Source: an uncultured Planctomycetaceae bacterium (GTDB taxonomy: Bacteria > Planctomycetota > Planctomycetia > Pirellulales > UBA1268). From it: a stretch of 48,412 nucleotides of DNA. A program made the position numbers and the translations under genes. The first letter of the stretch is position 1. Every line of letters begins with the position of its first letter. Positions 1-9,736 of the stretch are shown here, piece by piece. The notes under the pieces are model-generated. The model was not told where the DNA came from. It saw only the letters and a list, made by a program, of their open reading frames with translations, and made no database searches. The DNA lies in the NCBI GenBank assembly GCA_903877395.1, contig CAIRDU010000526.1, positions 1-48,412 on the forward strand. The letters are read 5' to 3'.

Positions 1-1236
1 GCGGTAGATGCACCCACCAGGAGCCAACACATCCGACATGAAACCGCGGCCATCGGGCATGCGAGGCAACAGATGATCTTCGCCGTAATGCAGCGGCACC
101 CGGCTGTCGGCAAGTTCTGTTTGCTTGGTTTGATTACCAATGACGACGTACAGCGACTTGCCGTCGGGCGCAAGGGCAACGGCGTGTGGGCCATGCTCGC
201 CGCCACCGATGAATGCACGGAGGATTTCAACCCGATCGAGTTTGTCGTCGCCATCGGTATCGCGAACGCGGTAGAGGCCGTGCGGGTACTTGGTGGCTTT
301 GTTCACGTTGACATACAGGCTGTCGAAAGCCCAAAGGAGTCCTTGAGCTTCGCCGATATCGACGTCGATTTTTTCAATTGTCGGCGGCGCAGTCTTGTCG
401 AGCGGCGGCAATGTGAGCCTGTACAATCCGCCATGTTGATCGCATACAATCATCCGCCCTTTTGTGTCTAGGCACATACACACCCACGAACCTTCTTGAT
501 CTTTCGGAACCGTATAGAGCAACTCAACCCTGAAGTCCTTCGCTATTTTCATCTCAGCAACGGGCGTGGCCGTCGGCACTCGCAGCGCGGCAATGGCTGT
601 GAAAGTTTGTTCGTTGATTTTCTTCCCCCACGGCCCACTACCCAGCGGAGCTAGAATCTTCGCCGCAGGCCAAGCGTGATCGTCGTAGCCGACCTGCATC
701 CACGGGCCCTCGGCGGGGCCGTGAACGGCGAGCCACGATTGGTCGGTGACGATCTTCTGAGGTGGTCCGTTGAACGACTCAATATCCATTTGAATGATAA
801 TGCCGCCTACACCTGCGTCATTGCGCGTTTCAATCGCGATGACGTGCTGGCCAACGCCATCGGGCCGTTCTTTCGACGGCAGGAAATGACTCACGTCTTT
901 GAACGTCGGCGTCGTCCACGAATCGCTGCTGAGAACCTCGCGGCCGTCGATAAAGACGTTCAGGCCATCGTCGCCGCAGATAAAGAGCTTGGCCGAGTCG
1001 CAGCGGCGATCAATCGCGAATTGCTTCCGGAACCACACCCGCTCACGATCGGGTTGCGGTGCCGGTGTGGAAGCCCAAATCCAGTTGGGCTGCGCAACCG
1101 GACTCTGAGCAGACGCGACCCCCGTGGATTGCGGCTTGGGGATGGCGAGTGAATCAGCGGATTTGCTGCAAGACGCAAAGGCGCAGGCGAGAAATCCGAT
1201 GAAAACGGACAATGATGCGAATCGGGGAAATGGCAT
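1..1236 (-). CDS. Lipoprotein-type 'membrane-bound dehydrogenase domain' protein (Planctomycete/Verrucomicrobial family), N-terminal 412 aa; gene continues past window start
   Basis: Absent from the ORF track because it has no stop inside the window. My translation of the minus strand from ATG (1236-1234) stays open to position 1. It reads [25 protein letters not shown] (signal peptide with lipobox-like LACAFASC), then [15 protein letters not shown], then [36 protein letters not shown] and [17 protein letters not shown], typical of this family. Plus-strand ORFs 73..471 and 676..1152 are antisense to it. Confidence 0.75.
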   Translation of the reverse strand, partial: MPFPRFASLSVFIGFLACAFASCSKSADSLAIPKPQSTGVASAQSPVAQPNWIWASTPAPQPDRERVWFRKQFAIDRRCDSAKLFICGDDGLNVFIDGREVLSSDSWTTPTFKDVSHFLPSKERPDGVGQHVIAIETRNDAGVGGIIIQMDIESFNGPPQKIVTDQSWLAVHGPAEGPWMQVGYDDHAWPAAKILAPLGSGPWGKKINEQTFTAIAALRVPTATPVAEMKIAKDFRVELLYTVPKDQEGSWVCMCLDTKGRMIVCDQHGGLYRLTLPPLDKTAPPTIEKIDVDIGEAQGLLWAFDSLYVNVNKATKYPHGLYRVRDTDGDDKLDRVEILRAFIGGGEHGPHAVALAPDGKSLYVVIGNQTKQTELADSRVPLHYGEDHLLPRMPDGRGFMSDVLAPGGCIYR

Positions 1237-2569
1237 GTCATGCTCGGCGTGGCGGGACTCGGTGGACTGCATACGCAGAAGGGAAAACGACGAAAGAAAC
1301 AACCGCGAAGGCGTCGCTCGCTGTGCTCTTTCGTCGATAGTCTGAAGAATACCTTATGAACGACGATGATCAATCAACCGTCAGCCCATTGCGGATATGC
1401 CGTTGATCGGACTGTCCTTCCACGCAGCAGCGCACGCTTTGGTGGCACCACTTCAATCTGGTGGTACATCACAATGGGAATAGGCGAAGGATTTTCTCTG
1501 CGAAGGCTCGCCGCAACTTGAATGCGCTGTGGTCATTGTTACGACTTCCACAACGTTTCGCGAGAACTGAAGAACAATCCAGATTCACTGAAGCATAGGA
1601 ACTTGGATGAATTCGCTCGCGACACATATCTGGCAACTCGAGCGTTCGCCGCGGACTAGACTACTCGCTGAAAACACAAATACGGTCGCTATGTTCACGC
1701 ATCGCTTCCGGCACCGCCATTTGCGGATCGCAGATTCTACAGGGTTCTGGCCACGAATTGTCTCCTGCTGTATGCGTGCGTTGATGATGGTGGCCTGCGT
1801 GACGGCAAGGAGCTTGATCTTGATTTCCATTTGCGCGCCGTGAATGAACTGTCGCGTGTGAGCAAGAATGCAACCTGCGTGCCTCCGCGCAAGCGTCGTC
1901 ACAACCAGCACGCGAACATGCGTATGTGAAGCGACTGCGCTCGCAGCAATTTACCGTGGAGCGTGTGCTAGGCGACTACGACGACGGCCTGATCGCTGAC
2001 AACCATGCGTTGGTGACGAAGCGAGTGGAGTAAACGCAGTCACTCCATTCGCTCGATTATGCTTTCCCAACCGCGATCCATAAAAGCGGTTGCCACCGTA
2101 GCTCAGACACGCGCAGGCGTTTCTCGGGCACAAGTCGACTGGCGCATGCCGAACGCAATCTGAAACTGTCCACGACGTTGCTCGTTCAATCGATTAGCCG
2201 TTGTTGCTCAGGCCGGATCGCACCAGCAAAAACGGCACCGACCGTCGCCCGAACGTCTGCGGTGGCCTGAGCTAACCGATCAACCGCTAGGTCCTTGCGA
2301 AAGTGCCGTTGACCCACCTATCCTTATATCTCTTGGCTTTTCGGCGAGATTGACGGCACGGGGCACGAGGGTCGCTTGAGATCCAACATGCCACGGGACA
2401 GACGGCACAACAGAGGGGTTGCCCGACTGCCTCCACGCCCAATTTTGCAAACTGGGCAGGCTTTTTTTGGACGGGCCTCGCTTATGAGACTTGGCATACG
2501 CCAGCCGTGAAGCCCAGTCGCTTTTTTTCAGTTCCCGTGCATAATAGTCATCTTTCCCAGAGAGTGCCG

Positions 2570-3679
2570 ATGCAGACCACAACCCAGGCTAGGTCATACG
2601 TTGATAGCGATGATCACAATGCTGAAGAAATAGCGTCGCCATGGATCCGACAGGCTCGACAGGCGATCTGTGAATCAGACACTGATTTTTTTCGCGTTTC
2701 GCCGCTGCGATACTGGGCCGATTTTCTTCTGAGCCTCACGGCCGGTTACACATCAGCCTCTATCTATCTTGTTTCGCCGCTTGGATCATGGTGGCAGGTA
2801 CTGGCTTTTTTCATGGCCGCTTTTTGGCTTTATCGCCTCGGGTCGCTCATTCACGAAGTCTGCCACCTAGGGCAGCATGAGATGCCGGTCTTTAAAGCCA
2901 CTTGGAATCTGCTCGCCGGCGTGATCACGCTCACCCCTAGTCCCTTTTTCACGCGACACCACCGCGACCATCACAGCCAGCGCATGTACAGCACGGCGGA
3001 AGATCCCGAATACATGGCAAACGTTATGGAGTCGGGAAACCTCCGCAGCATTGTTTGCTACACGGCATTCGTCGCTGTATTTCCACTGTTGGTATTTCTG
3101 CGATTCCTGCTGGCGCCACTGACATTTCTCCACCCCAAACTGCGCGATTGGACGCTGCGACGAGCCTCATCGCTAACATTCAATAGACGGTATGAACGCA
3201 CGATTACGCCGACCGACAGGCGGTCTATCATGGCCGTAGAGGGCCTTTGTTTTCTGCGAGCGATGCTCATTCCGCTGCTGATTGTTTTGGGTGTCCACCA
3301 CTGGTCGCGCATCCCGATGCTCTATGCCTTGGCACTGGCGACTGTATTCCTCAACCAGATGCGGTTACTGGCTGACCACCACCTCCATGGCGATGGCAGC
3401 CGAGTTGATTTTGAATCGCATATCATCGATTCGTGTAATTACACTTGCAACGATCCGCTGACGCTCCTCTTCTTTCCGTTTTCAATTCGCTACCACGCAC
3501 TGCACCATCTTTTCCCATCGTTGCCCTATCACAATCTCAAGAAGGCACACGCGCACCTCGTCGCCACGCTGCCGAAGGATTCCCCCTATTTGTCGCTCGA
3601 TCGACCGGGTTGGTGGAGCGTTGCCCGCCAGACGCTCTACGGACGAGTCGCTTGTTCTGAACCGATCAGTGCTGCTTAA
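2570..3679 (+). CDS. Membrane fatty-acid desaturase family protein
   Basis: Carries the three histidine boxes of membrane desaturases: HEVCH, HHRDHH and HALHH (in SIRYHALHHLFP). Hydrophobic segments lie between them. I prefer the ATG at 2570 (MQTTTQ) over the GTG at 2507 given in the track; the start is uncertain. Confidence 0.8.
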   Translation: MQTTTQARSYVDSDDHNAEEIASPWIRQARQAICESDTDFFRVSPLRYWADFLLSLTAGYTSASIYLVSPLGSWWQVLAFFMAAFWLYRLGSLIHEVCHLGQHEMPVFKATWNLLAGVITLTPSPFFTRHHRDHHSQRMYSTAEDPEYMANVMESGNLRSIVCYTAFVAVFPLLVFLRFLLAPLTFLHPKLRDWTLRRASSLTFNRRYERTITPTDRRSIMAVEGLCFLRAMLIPLLIVLGVHHWSRIPMLYALALATVFLNQMRLLADHHLHGDGSRVDFESHIIDSCNYTCNDPLTLLFFPFSIRYHALHHLFPSLPYHNLKKAHAHLVATLPKDSPYLSLDRPGWWSVARQTLYGRVACSEPISAA

Positions 3680-3682
3680 AGT

Positions 3683-3730
3683 TGACCTGCCCCTTCAACG
3701 GCACCACTTCCAGTGAGGGAATCTAGTGGT
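3683..3730 (+). repeat. IS3/IS407-type terminal inverted repeat, copy A (TGACCTGCCCC...)
   Basis: TGACCTGCCCCTTCAACGGCACCACTTCCAGTGAGGGAATCT matches about 40 of 46 positions of 16190.. (TGACCTGCCCCCTTCAACGAGACCAATTCCAGTGAAAGAATCT). It starts with the TG typical of IS3-family ends. It lies 73 nt upstream of a transposase-OrfA-like ATG. Confidence 0.6.
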
Positions 3731-4020
3731 GTTCGCAATTCAAGAAGGGCATTCAATGCCACAAGGAAAGAAAGAGCAGGCCGAACAGATCCGTCCTAAC
3801 CTGCGTGAGGCTGAGGGATCTCGAGAATGAAAACAATCGACTGAAGCGGTTGTTGGCCGACGCCGAAATCGATTCTGTCGTTTTTGGGAGGCTGCCTCGG
3901 TATGACCGAAGGAAAGCGCAACCAAACTTCTCAAGCCCGGCGAACTGTTGAGCAGACATAGAGGTGCTCTCTGCCTGATCGCCTGAGCGAACGCCAGCAT
4001 GCTAGGTGCTGTGGCAGTCT

Positions 4021-4053
4021 CAGAAACACACAGCGAGAAGTTGTGTGTTTCTG
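4021..4053. repeat. Perfect 12-bp inverted repeat inside the IS remnant
   Basis: CAGAAACACACA (4021-4032), loop GCGAGAAGT, TGTGTGTTTCTG (4042-4053). Confidence 0.9.
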
Positions 4054-4179
4054 ACAGAGTGAAGCGAATCGTGTGGCTGGGCGGCTTGCTGTCCTGCTCC
4101 GTTGGTCGGAACGCTGAGCGAATCGGCGCTGATACCACCTAGACGGTCATTTTCAGATGATGACGCAATAAATGACACG

Positions 4180-4214
4180 CAAGCGGCCATTCCGACAGAT
4201 TGAGTGGCCGCTTG
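4180..4214 (-). terminator. Candidate terminator hairpin downstream of tRNA-Leu
   Basis: Perfect 10-bp stem CAAGCGGCCA / TGGCCGCTTG with a 15-nt loop. It sits 26 nt 3' of the tRNA on the minus strand and is followed there by CGTGTCATTTATT, a weak U-tract. Confidence 0.45.
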
Positions 4215-4239
4215 AGCGGAAACCACTATTTTTCATGAG

Positions 4240-4322
4240 TACCGGAGGAGGGACTTGAACCCACACGTCCTTTCGGACAACGGATTTTGAGTCCGTCGCG
4301 TCTGCCATTTCGCCACTCCGGC
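4240..4322 (-). tRNA. tRNA-Leu (anticodon CAA)
   Basis: The reverse complement is GCCGGAGTGGCGAAATGGCAGACGCGACGGACTCAAAATCCGTTGTCCGAAAGGACGTGTGGGTTCAAGTCCCTCCTCCGGTA. It has a 7-bp acceptor stem (G1-U72), an anticodon stem ACGGA/TCCGT with loop CTCAAAA, and a long variable arm (GTCC-GAAA-GGAC) typical of Leu. The T-loop is TTCAAGT, with one T-T mismatch in the T-stem. CCA is not encoded. Confidence 0.85.
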
Positions 4323-4509
4323 CAGTGAAGAGCACTGATTCCAGAAAGACTACGCCGTCTTGCCCACGATTGCCAGCCATTCGAATCGGCCCGCAGAAAA
4401 CAGTCGCGTGCCGGCCACGCCGGCACCGCATGACTGCCAGCACCACCATGACTGGCCTCTCCCGCGACTGCACTGGTCAGCGACTGTGTGCCCGGCTTAC
4501 TTTACATAA

Positions 4510-5934
4510 ATGAATGTTATCGTTTTTGAAGACTCGGCTGTCTTGCAACTCGGCGTGCTCACCGCGGCCAGGCCTGCCTGCGATCTGACGATCGGAGCCA
4601 CTACGCTTTTTGAGAGTCTCTGCCGTTTTGGCGCAGGACTCACCGCCGAGGCAAGCGATTCATCCACAGGCAGTGTGCCGCCGATAAGCCATGTGCATCG
4701 CGTGTTGCGACCCCACCTTCATCGCTATCTGCAATCACTTGCTGGCAGGCGCATGCCTCTCTGGGGTGGAACCTCCTTCGAATCGACTCATCCCAATACG
4801 AAGATCGCTTCGGCAGGATTTGGGCAGGGTTCGCGCCACGGCAACTCCGTACTCATCGTCAATGCTCGGGTGGTGCCGAGCCGTCATAATATGGTGACCA
4901 TGCGAAGCGTTGTGGAAGCCGGTCGCCGGGGTGTGATGCGATGCGACGGGGCAGTGGCGGTGGCGTTGCTCCATCGTGCTCCGGATACTATTTCTGGAGA
5001 TGGCCGCGGTTCGGGCAGTGGTTCTGATTGCCGTTCGGACGGAATGCTCATTGATGCATTGCTGGCTGGAAGCATCGACGATGCCGTCGGGGAAATAGAA
5101 TCGCTGGGTCTGGATGCGCTGGATGGTGCGGTCGATATGGTATCGCAACCGCATGAGGTGGTGGCAGCACACGAGCAGGCCATCGTAGGTGGGCTGGCTA
5201 TCCGACTCGATACGGGTCGCTATCGCGAGGAACAGCCGGGGTTCTTTGTGGCCGCAGGAGCATCTGTCGCACAGCACGTGGTCGTGCGGCACGGGCCGGT
5301 GGTTGTCGAGGCTGGCGCCGAGATTGGGCCATTCGTCTGCTTGGATGGTCCGATCTGGATCGCACGCAACGCCCGAGTGAATCCACATGCGTGGATCCGC
5401 GGCGGCACGGCCATCGGCCACGACTGCCGCGTAGGGGGCGAGGTGGAAGCAAGCGTGCTGGAGCCATTCTCAAATAAGTCACACGACGGGTTTCTGGGGC
5501 ACAGTCATCTGGGCAGTTGGGTGAATCTCGCCGCCGGCACCATCACGAGCAACTTGAAGGCCACCTACGGCCCCGTCCGGCTCCACCAACTGTTGCCCGA
5601 CAACACTCGCACAACAGTCCACACAGGCAGGCAGTTCCTAGGTGCCATGATTGGCGACTGTGTAAAAACGGGAATCAATACGTCGATCCCATGCGGTGCG
5701 AGAATCGGCGTGGCGGCCACCGTGGCAGGTCTGGTGGAGGAACACGTGGCCGCATTTACAAATCAGCTCATCGGGGGCCATACAACAGCCGAGCAAGCCG
5801 CCATTGTGCTGGAGCGGATGATGGCCCGCCGGGGGCTTGCGTTCTTCGATGCGGATCGGGAACTGCTTACAGCCCTGGAACGGATGTCGGCTCCAGCCTC
5901 AACGCCAGTCAACTCCTCGACAGCACTGTCGTAG
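4510..5934 (+). CDS. Putative sugar nucleotidyltransferase / acyltransferase (alternative GlmU-like, left-handed beta-helix C-terminal half)
   Basis: The N-terminus MNVIVFEDSAV..L..ARPACDLTIG and hexapeptide-repeat-rich C-terminal half (GGEVEASVLEPFSNKSHDGFLGHSHLGSWVNLAAGTITSNLK..GAMIGDCVKTGINTSI) fit the 'putative sugar nucleotidyl transferase' family as I remember it. Confidence 0.6.
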   Translation: MNVIVFEDSAVLQLGVLTAARPACDLTIGATTLFESLCRFGAGLTAEASDSSTGSVPPISHVHRVLRPHLHRYLQSLAGRRMPLWGGTSFESTHPNTKIASAGFGQGSRHGNSVLIVNARVVPSRHNMVTMRSVVEAGRRGVMRCDGAVAVALLHRAPDTISGDGRGSGSGSDCRSDGMLIDALLAGSIDDAVGEIESLGLDALDGAVDMVSQPHEVVAAHEQAIVGGLAIRLDTGRYREEQPGFFVAAGASVAQHVVVRHGPVVVEAGAEIGPFVCLDGPIWIARNARVNPHAWIRGGTAIGHDCRVGGEVEASVLEPFSNKSHDGFLGHSHLGSWVNLAAGTITSNLKATYGPVRLHQLLPDNTRTTVHTGRQFLGAMIGDCVKTGINTSIPCGARIGVAATVAGLVEEHVAAFTNQLIGGHTTAEQAAIVLERMMARRGLAFFDADRELLTALERMSAPASTPVNSSTALS

Positions 5935-6144
5935 CCTCGTTTTCACTTTTTGAGTTTTGATGCCCGCAGTCACGCCAGCCGCCTCGCGTGTCTTCAAACA
6001 TCCACAAGTCGATGCCTAGGGGTTACGATGGCTCCTTTTCTGCCACGTGTGATCGAAATGAGTGAGTGCTCTAGAATCCTTGAGCGTCATTTCATACATA
6101 TCCATTAACCTAGCATCCCATCTACTTCCCTGAGGCAACGAGTC

Positions 6145-7041
6145 GTGTCAATTCACCAAGCGTATGCAAACGGCCGGCTCGGCCTGTCGTTCGAATTATT
6201 TCCACCAAAAACTCCCGAATCCGAAGCCATGATGTGGCGGACGGTCGAAGAACTGATGGCTTTTCAGCCGGCCATCATCACCTGCACGTACGGTGCAGGT
6301 GGGTCGACGCGAAACACGACACTCGATGTGATCGACGGCGTTCGCTCCCGCTATAACCTGCCAGTGGCCAGCCACCTTACGTGCGTCGGCTCAACCACCG
6401 ACGAACTGCGAGAATATCTGGCTGCGGCTCGAGCCCGGGGAGTGGCGGCCATTGTGGCCCTGCGAGGCGATCCACCTAAAGGTGAGACACAATTTCAACA
6501 GGTGGCTGGTGGCCTGCGGTATGCATCCGAACTGGTCTCGCTCATTCGCAGTGAATTCCCAGAGTTTGGCATTTTCGTGGCAGGCTATCCCGAAACGCAC
6601 CAGGAGGCGGCGAGCCCTGCGGCTGACCTTGAAAATCTTAAACGCAAGTGCGATGCCGGTGGGGATGTTGTGGTCACACAACTCTTCTACGACAACGTCG
6701 ATTTTTTTCGTTTCCGCGACCGCTGTATCGCAATGGGCATCACCGCGCCGATCGTGCCGGGCGTGATGCCTGTCACCAACTACGCGCAGGTTCGTCGCAT
6801 CGCGACGCTCTGCAAGGCTCGACTGCCTGACGATTTCACCAGAGCCTTTGAGGCGGCCGGCGACAACGAGGCAGCTCAGTTTGAAGCGGGTGTTGGATTC
6901 GCAGCGAGGCAGGTTGAAGAACTGCTCAAGAGCGGCGTGCCCGGGATTCATCTCTATGTGCTCAACAAATCGCCAGCCACCATGCGAGTACTGGAGTACG
7001 TGGGCCTAAAGGATCGGCGAACGGAAGCGAGGGAGAACTAA
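6145..7041 (+). CDS. metF: 5,10-methylenetetrahydrofolate reductase
   Basis: Motifs LSFELFPPKT, TCTYGAGGSTR, HLTCVG and LRGDPP are present. The length of 298 aa fits. GTG start. Confidence 0.9.
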   Translation: MSIHQAYANGRLGLSFELFPPKTPESEAMMWRTVEELMAFQPAIITCTYGAGGSTRNTTLDVIDGVRSRYNLPVASHLTCVGSTTDELREYLAAARARGVAAIVALRGDPPKGETQFQQVAGGLRYASELVSLIRSEFPEFGIFVAGYPETHQEAASPAADLENLKRKCDAGGDVVVTQLFYDNVDFFRFRDRCIAMGITAPIVPGVMPVTNYAQVRRIATLCKARLPDDFTRAFEAAGDNEAAQFEAGVGFAARQVEELLKSGVPGIHLYVLNKSPATMRVLEYVGLKDRRTEAREN

Positions 7042-7080
7042 TTCAGTATTCTCACTCTGGGGCGCAATGAAATCCACTGG

Positions 7081-7617
7081 TTACACAGCGCGTTTTTGGC
7101 TGGATTGCCTGGGTGGCAAGTCATCGTCCATGCTGCTGATATAGCTCCGAAGCCGTTCCAGTTCGTCGCTCACGTGTCGCAGCTTCAGCATGTTTTCAAC
7201 GCGCTTGACCAACTCGACCTTATTGACGGGCTTTGAAAGGAAGTCGTCGGTGCCCGCTTCAACCGCCCGCTCGATGTCGCCGAGTTCGCCGAGAGCCGTC
7301 ACCATCAGGATCATAATCCGGCTGGTGAGAGGATCCGACTTGAGCCGTTGACAAACTTCAAAACCGGAAAGCTTCGGCATCATCACATCCAGCAGAATCA
7401 CGTCGGGCTCGAAGGCGGCCACTCGGTCGAGCGTATCGCGGCCGTCCACAGCCGTGGCAATCTCACAGTCGATTTCAGCGAGATAGACCTCGAGCAGTTC
7501 GCGGTTGGGTTCGTTGTCGTCCGCGATCAGCACGCGGCTTTTTCTGGGTGTCGCTGTGCCCAGCGTAGCGGCGGCGGGCACTGTTGAAACAGCTGGAAGT
7601 GTGGGCATGGTATGCAC
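7081..7617 (-). CDS. Single-domain response regulator (CheY-like receiver with short C-terminal tail)
   Basis: Receiver motifs are VLIADDNEPNRELL, DVILLDVMMPKLSGFEVCQRLK, ILMVTALG and GTDDFLSKP. No output domain is present. The start is GTG 7617 or ATG 7608. Confidence 0.9.
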   Translation of the reverse strand: MHTMPTLPAVSTVPAAATLGTATPRKSRVLIADDNEPNRELLEVYLAEIDCEIATAVDGRDTLDRVAAFEPDVILLDVMMPKLSGFEVCQRLKSDPLTSRIMILMVTALGELGDIERAVEAGTDDFLSKPVNKVELVKRVENMLKLRHVSDELERLRSYISSMDDDLPPRQSSQKRAV

Positions 7618-7626
7618 TCAAGGTGG

Positions 7627-8187
7627 CTATGGTGTCTCGAAGATCGACTGGCTTTTGACTACCGCGAGGTCGTCTGGAAATGTGTGAAAGGCCTGCACGA
7701 GCAAGCTCTTGTCGCGGGTCTCAATCGTAACCCAACTGATGGCCCCCAACGCCATGCGACCCCCCGATTCGAACCGGTGAAGCAGACCGTGCTTGGTGGC
7801 TTCCACGCAGAGTTCCTGCTGGAACGTCCAAAAAACCTCAGGCGCAATGGTCTCGAGCTGGAAGCACATTTGATAACTCGCGCCACCGCGGCACACCATT
7901 CGATCGCTGCGTTCACCACTCAGGCGGTACGATAGGAGCCGACGCTTTTGCGGCAGCGGCTGGCCTGCGCTGGTTGCAACTTCAGTGAGCGTGAGCCCGT
8001 CCTTGCGCCACGTGACAAAGTGACCGGCACTCGTGATTGACACAGTGGCCTGATAGCCGCCCCGCTCGACCGATCGGCTCGTAAAAATCTGGAACAGTTC
8101 AGGATGCAGCGCGCGGCCGTAGAGCTGAAAGACTAAATCGTTCACTTTGGGGCGAATCGATAGCACGCAACAAAACTCCATCTTCAC
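7627..8187 (-). CDS. Conserved hypothetical protein, 9 nt upstream of and co-oriented with the response regulator
   Basis: 186-aa ORF with plausible composition (LVFQLYGRALHPELFQIF..). I can name no diagnostic motif. It possibly belongs to a DUF family seen in Actinobacteria and Planctomycetes, but that is unverified. Confidence 0.6.
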   Translation of the reverse strand: MKMEFCCVLSIRPKVNDLVFQLYGRALHPELFQIFTSRSVERGGYQATVSITSAGHFVTWRKDGLTLTEVATSAGQPLPQKRRLLSYRLSGERSDRMVCRGGASYQMCFQLETIAPEVFWTFQQELCVEATKHGLLHRFESGGRMALGAISWVTIETRDKSLLVQAFHTFPDDLAVVKSQSIFETP

Positions 8188-8374
8188 GCGTTCAGGTCAT
8201 GCGTTCATGCGGTCATGGCACGCACCAATGGTTTGTCAGAGGCATGAGTATAAAAAAAGAGCGGGCAAAAAAACTACAGCGCACCAATTGGGCGTTTGCT
8301 CGATGCCAGAAAAAGGATTTTGCGGAAATCGCATCTTGACAACTGCGGTGCGAGGTGATTCACCCCCCGGACGA

Positions 8375-9223
8375 TCAAAGCAAACCCACGAGCATATCGT
8401 AGGCGGCATGCGTGCCCGCGGCGATCCCGAAGCCGCGCAGCACGAAAAGTGTCGCAAAAAAGACGCCTGCCATTACGCGAAATGTGAAGCTGTAAAACGC
8501 AAATGTGTCGCCCATTGGACCAACGTAGTGGGCTGCGCTGAAGAGCAGGCTGGTGAGGAGTACCGAGTAAAAACAGGCCGCTGCGCTTCCAATCCCTGCT
8601 CGCTGACACACCCACGCTACGACTGGCAGTAAGAGCAGGCGAAAAAGCACCTCCTCATAAAGCCCTGCGCCGCAAAAGCCGACGAGCCTTGCAAAGATTC
8701 CCTGGCGGCCGTCTGCGATTTCCAGAGGCCAGAGGTGGTTTTGGAGCCGTGCCAACCCTACCAACAGCAGCGATAAAAGGAGGCATTCAGCAAGCATGCC
8801 GAGGAGTACAGTCGGGCTAAACCGCCAGCGGTCGTGCTCAAAATGGTGCCAGGCAAGCAGGCCGAGCAGCATTAACAACGGCAACAAAAAATAGGATCCA
8901 AACCCAGTCGCATCGAGCAAGTGACGCAGCCACACGTCGGCACCATTGCGGGGGGAACTCCGGCCCAGAAGCAGCACTCCTCCTTCGTACGCAAGCACCA
9001 GCGGAAGCGTAAAGACGAGGCTCGTCAGCGGCGTGCGAGAGAGTGCCCAGTAGCTTTCAGCATCCACGGCCTCTGAACTGGCATCGGGATCACTGTCTGG
9101 CGGCCTGCCGTGGGTTGCTTCAGTCTCGACTGATTCCAGGAGTTCGCTCACCTGCGAGTCAATATCGTCTGGCACCCCATCGGGAAAGTCGTCGTCGCTG
9201 GGAGTCGGAAAAAAAGTATGCAT
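8375..9223 (-). CDS. CPBP family intramembrane glutamic endopeptidase (CAAX-protease-like)
   Basis: Motifs EEVLFRL (EExxxR), FSAAHY (FxxxH) and HAAYDM (HxxxD/N) lie within a polytopic hydrophobic protein. The N-terminal tail is acidic. Confidence 0.85.
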   Translation of the reverse strand: MHTFFPTPSDDDFPDGVPDDIDSQVSELLESVETEATHGRPPDSDPDASSEAVDAESYWALSRTPLTSLVFTLPLVLAYEGGVLLLGRSSPRNGADVWLRHLLDATGFGSYFLLPLLMLLGLLAWHHFEHDRWRFSPTVLLGMLAECLLLSLLLVGLARLQNHLWPLEIADGRQGIFARLVGFCGAGLYEEVLFRLLLLPVVAWVCQRAGIGSAAACFYSVLLTSLLFSAAHYVGPMGDTFAFYSFTFRVMAGVFFATLFVLRGFGIAAGTHAAYDMLVGLL

Positions 9224-9706
9224 GAAGCGAAACGCCCAAGGAGGCGAGCAAGGGGGGGCAAACCGATTTCAACGCGGAATTGCACTCCAAACAAAGCTAG
9301 ATATATACACGTGTCGACACCAGATGCCCATTGGCGGTGCCCGGACTCGCTGCTGCTATCGGACTCCTGTTTTGGCACATGCGTGGATTTTTTGAACCAG
9401 CTTGCCTGCGGCACACTGCGCGGGTGTACGCAGAAAAGTGTTGTCCTTGACAACCTGCGTTACGTCAGCAGAATGGCGACTTCGCAATCAAAAGCCCTAC
9501 GGGGCTGTGACGCAGTTTGTGGCACACACGGACTGCGAAAATTGCTGGAAATCCTCGGTGACCGAGGCTGATGGCTTGCAAAAAAATAGACGTAAACTCG
9601 AATAAAATACGGGGGGCGGCGACTTGAGGGAGCGAAAGTCGGCGACCTTGGTCGTGGCCTGGATGTCACCCCCGTTTTCGAGTGTCTGTTAAATGAATCT
9701 GGCTCA

Positions 9707-9736
9707 GGATGCGTTGGAAACGCGTCCTTTCTTGTG
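9707..9736 (+). terminator. Terminator-like hairpin in a long intergenic region
   Basis: GGATGCG-TTGGAAA-CGCGTCC (7-bp stem including one G-T pair) is followed by TTTCTTGTG. It is nested inside an outer pair GGCTCAG (9701-9707) / CTGAGCC (9737-9743). No convincing upstream ORF is present. Confidence 0.3.

Larger units (their letters stand above)
3683..4140 (+). mobile_element. Degraded IS3-family (IS407-group-like) insertion sequence remnant; transposase is a pseudogene and the right end is missing
   Basis: ATG at 3756 gives MPQGKKEQAEQIRPNLREAEGSRE*. The next frame gives RDLENENNRLKRLLADAEID, the leucine-zipper end of IS3 OrfA. A third frame gives PERTPAC*VLWQSQKHT, which resembles the OrfB N-terminal SERRACRVLGQ.RSTQR motif. 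Stops occur in all frames and large internal deletions are evident. No matching right IR was found. The right boundary is approximate. Confidence 0.6.

Noticed and set aside
73-1152. Plus-strand ORFs 73..471 (132 aa), 676..1152 (158 aa) and 899..1108
   Set aside because: They are antisense to a long, motif-bearing minus-strand reading frame (1..1236) that is open to the window edge. Their composition is atypical and they have no motifs.
960-1373. Minus-strand ORF of 137 aa overlapping the 5' end of the first gene
   Set aside because: It is in the wrong frame. The neighbouring frame starting at 1236 gives a proper signal peptide and continues for 412 codons. This ORF is Ser/Pro/Arg-rich.
2085-2150. 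tRNA-like GTAGCTCAG motif (2098-2106)
   Set aside because: No acceptor stem, anticodon arm or T-arm (GTTCRANNC) can be built around it.
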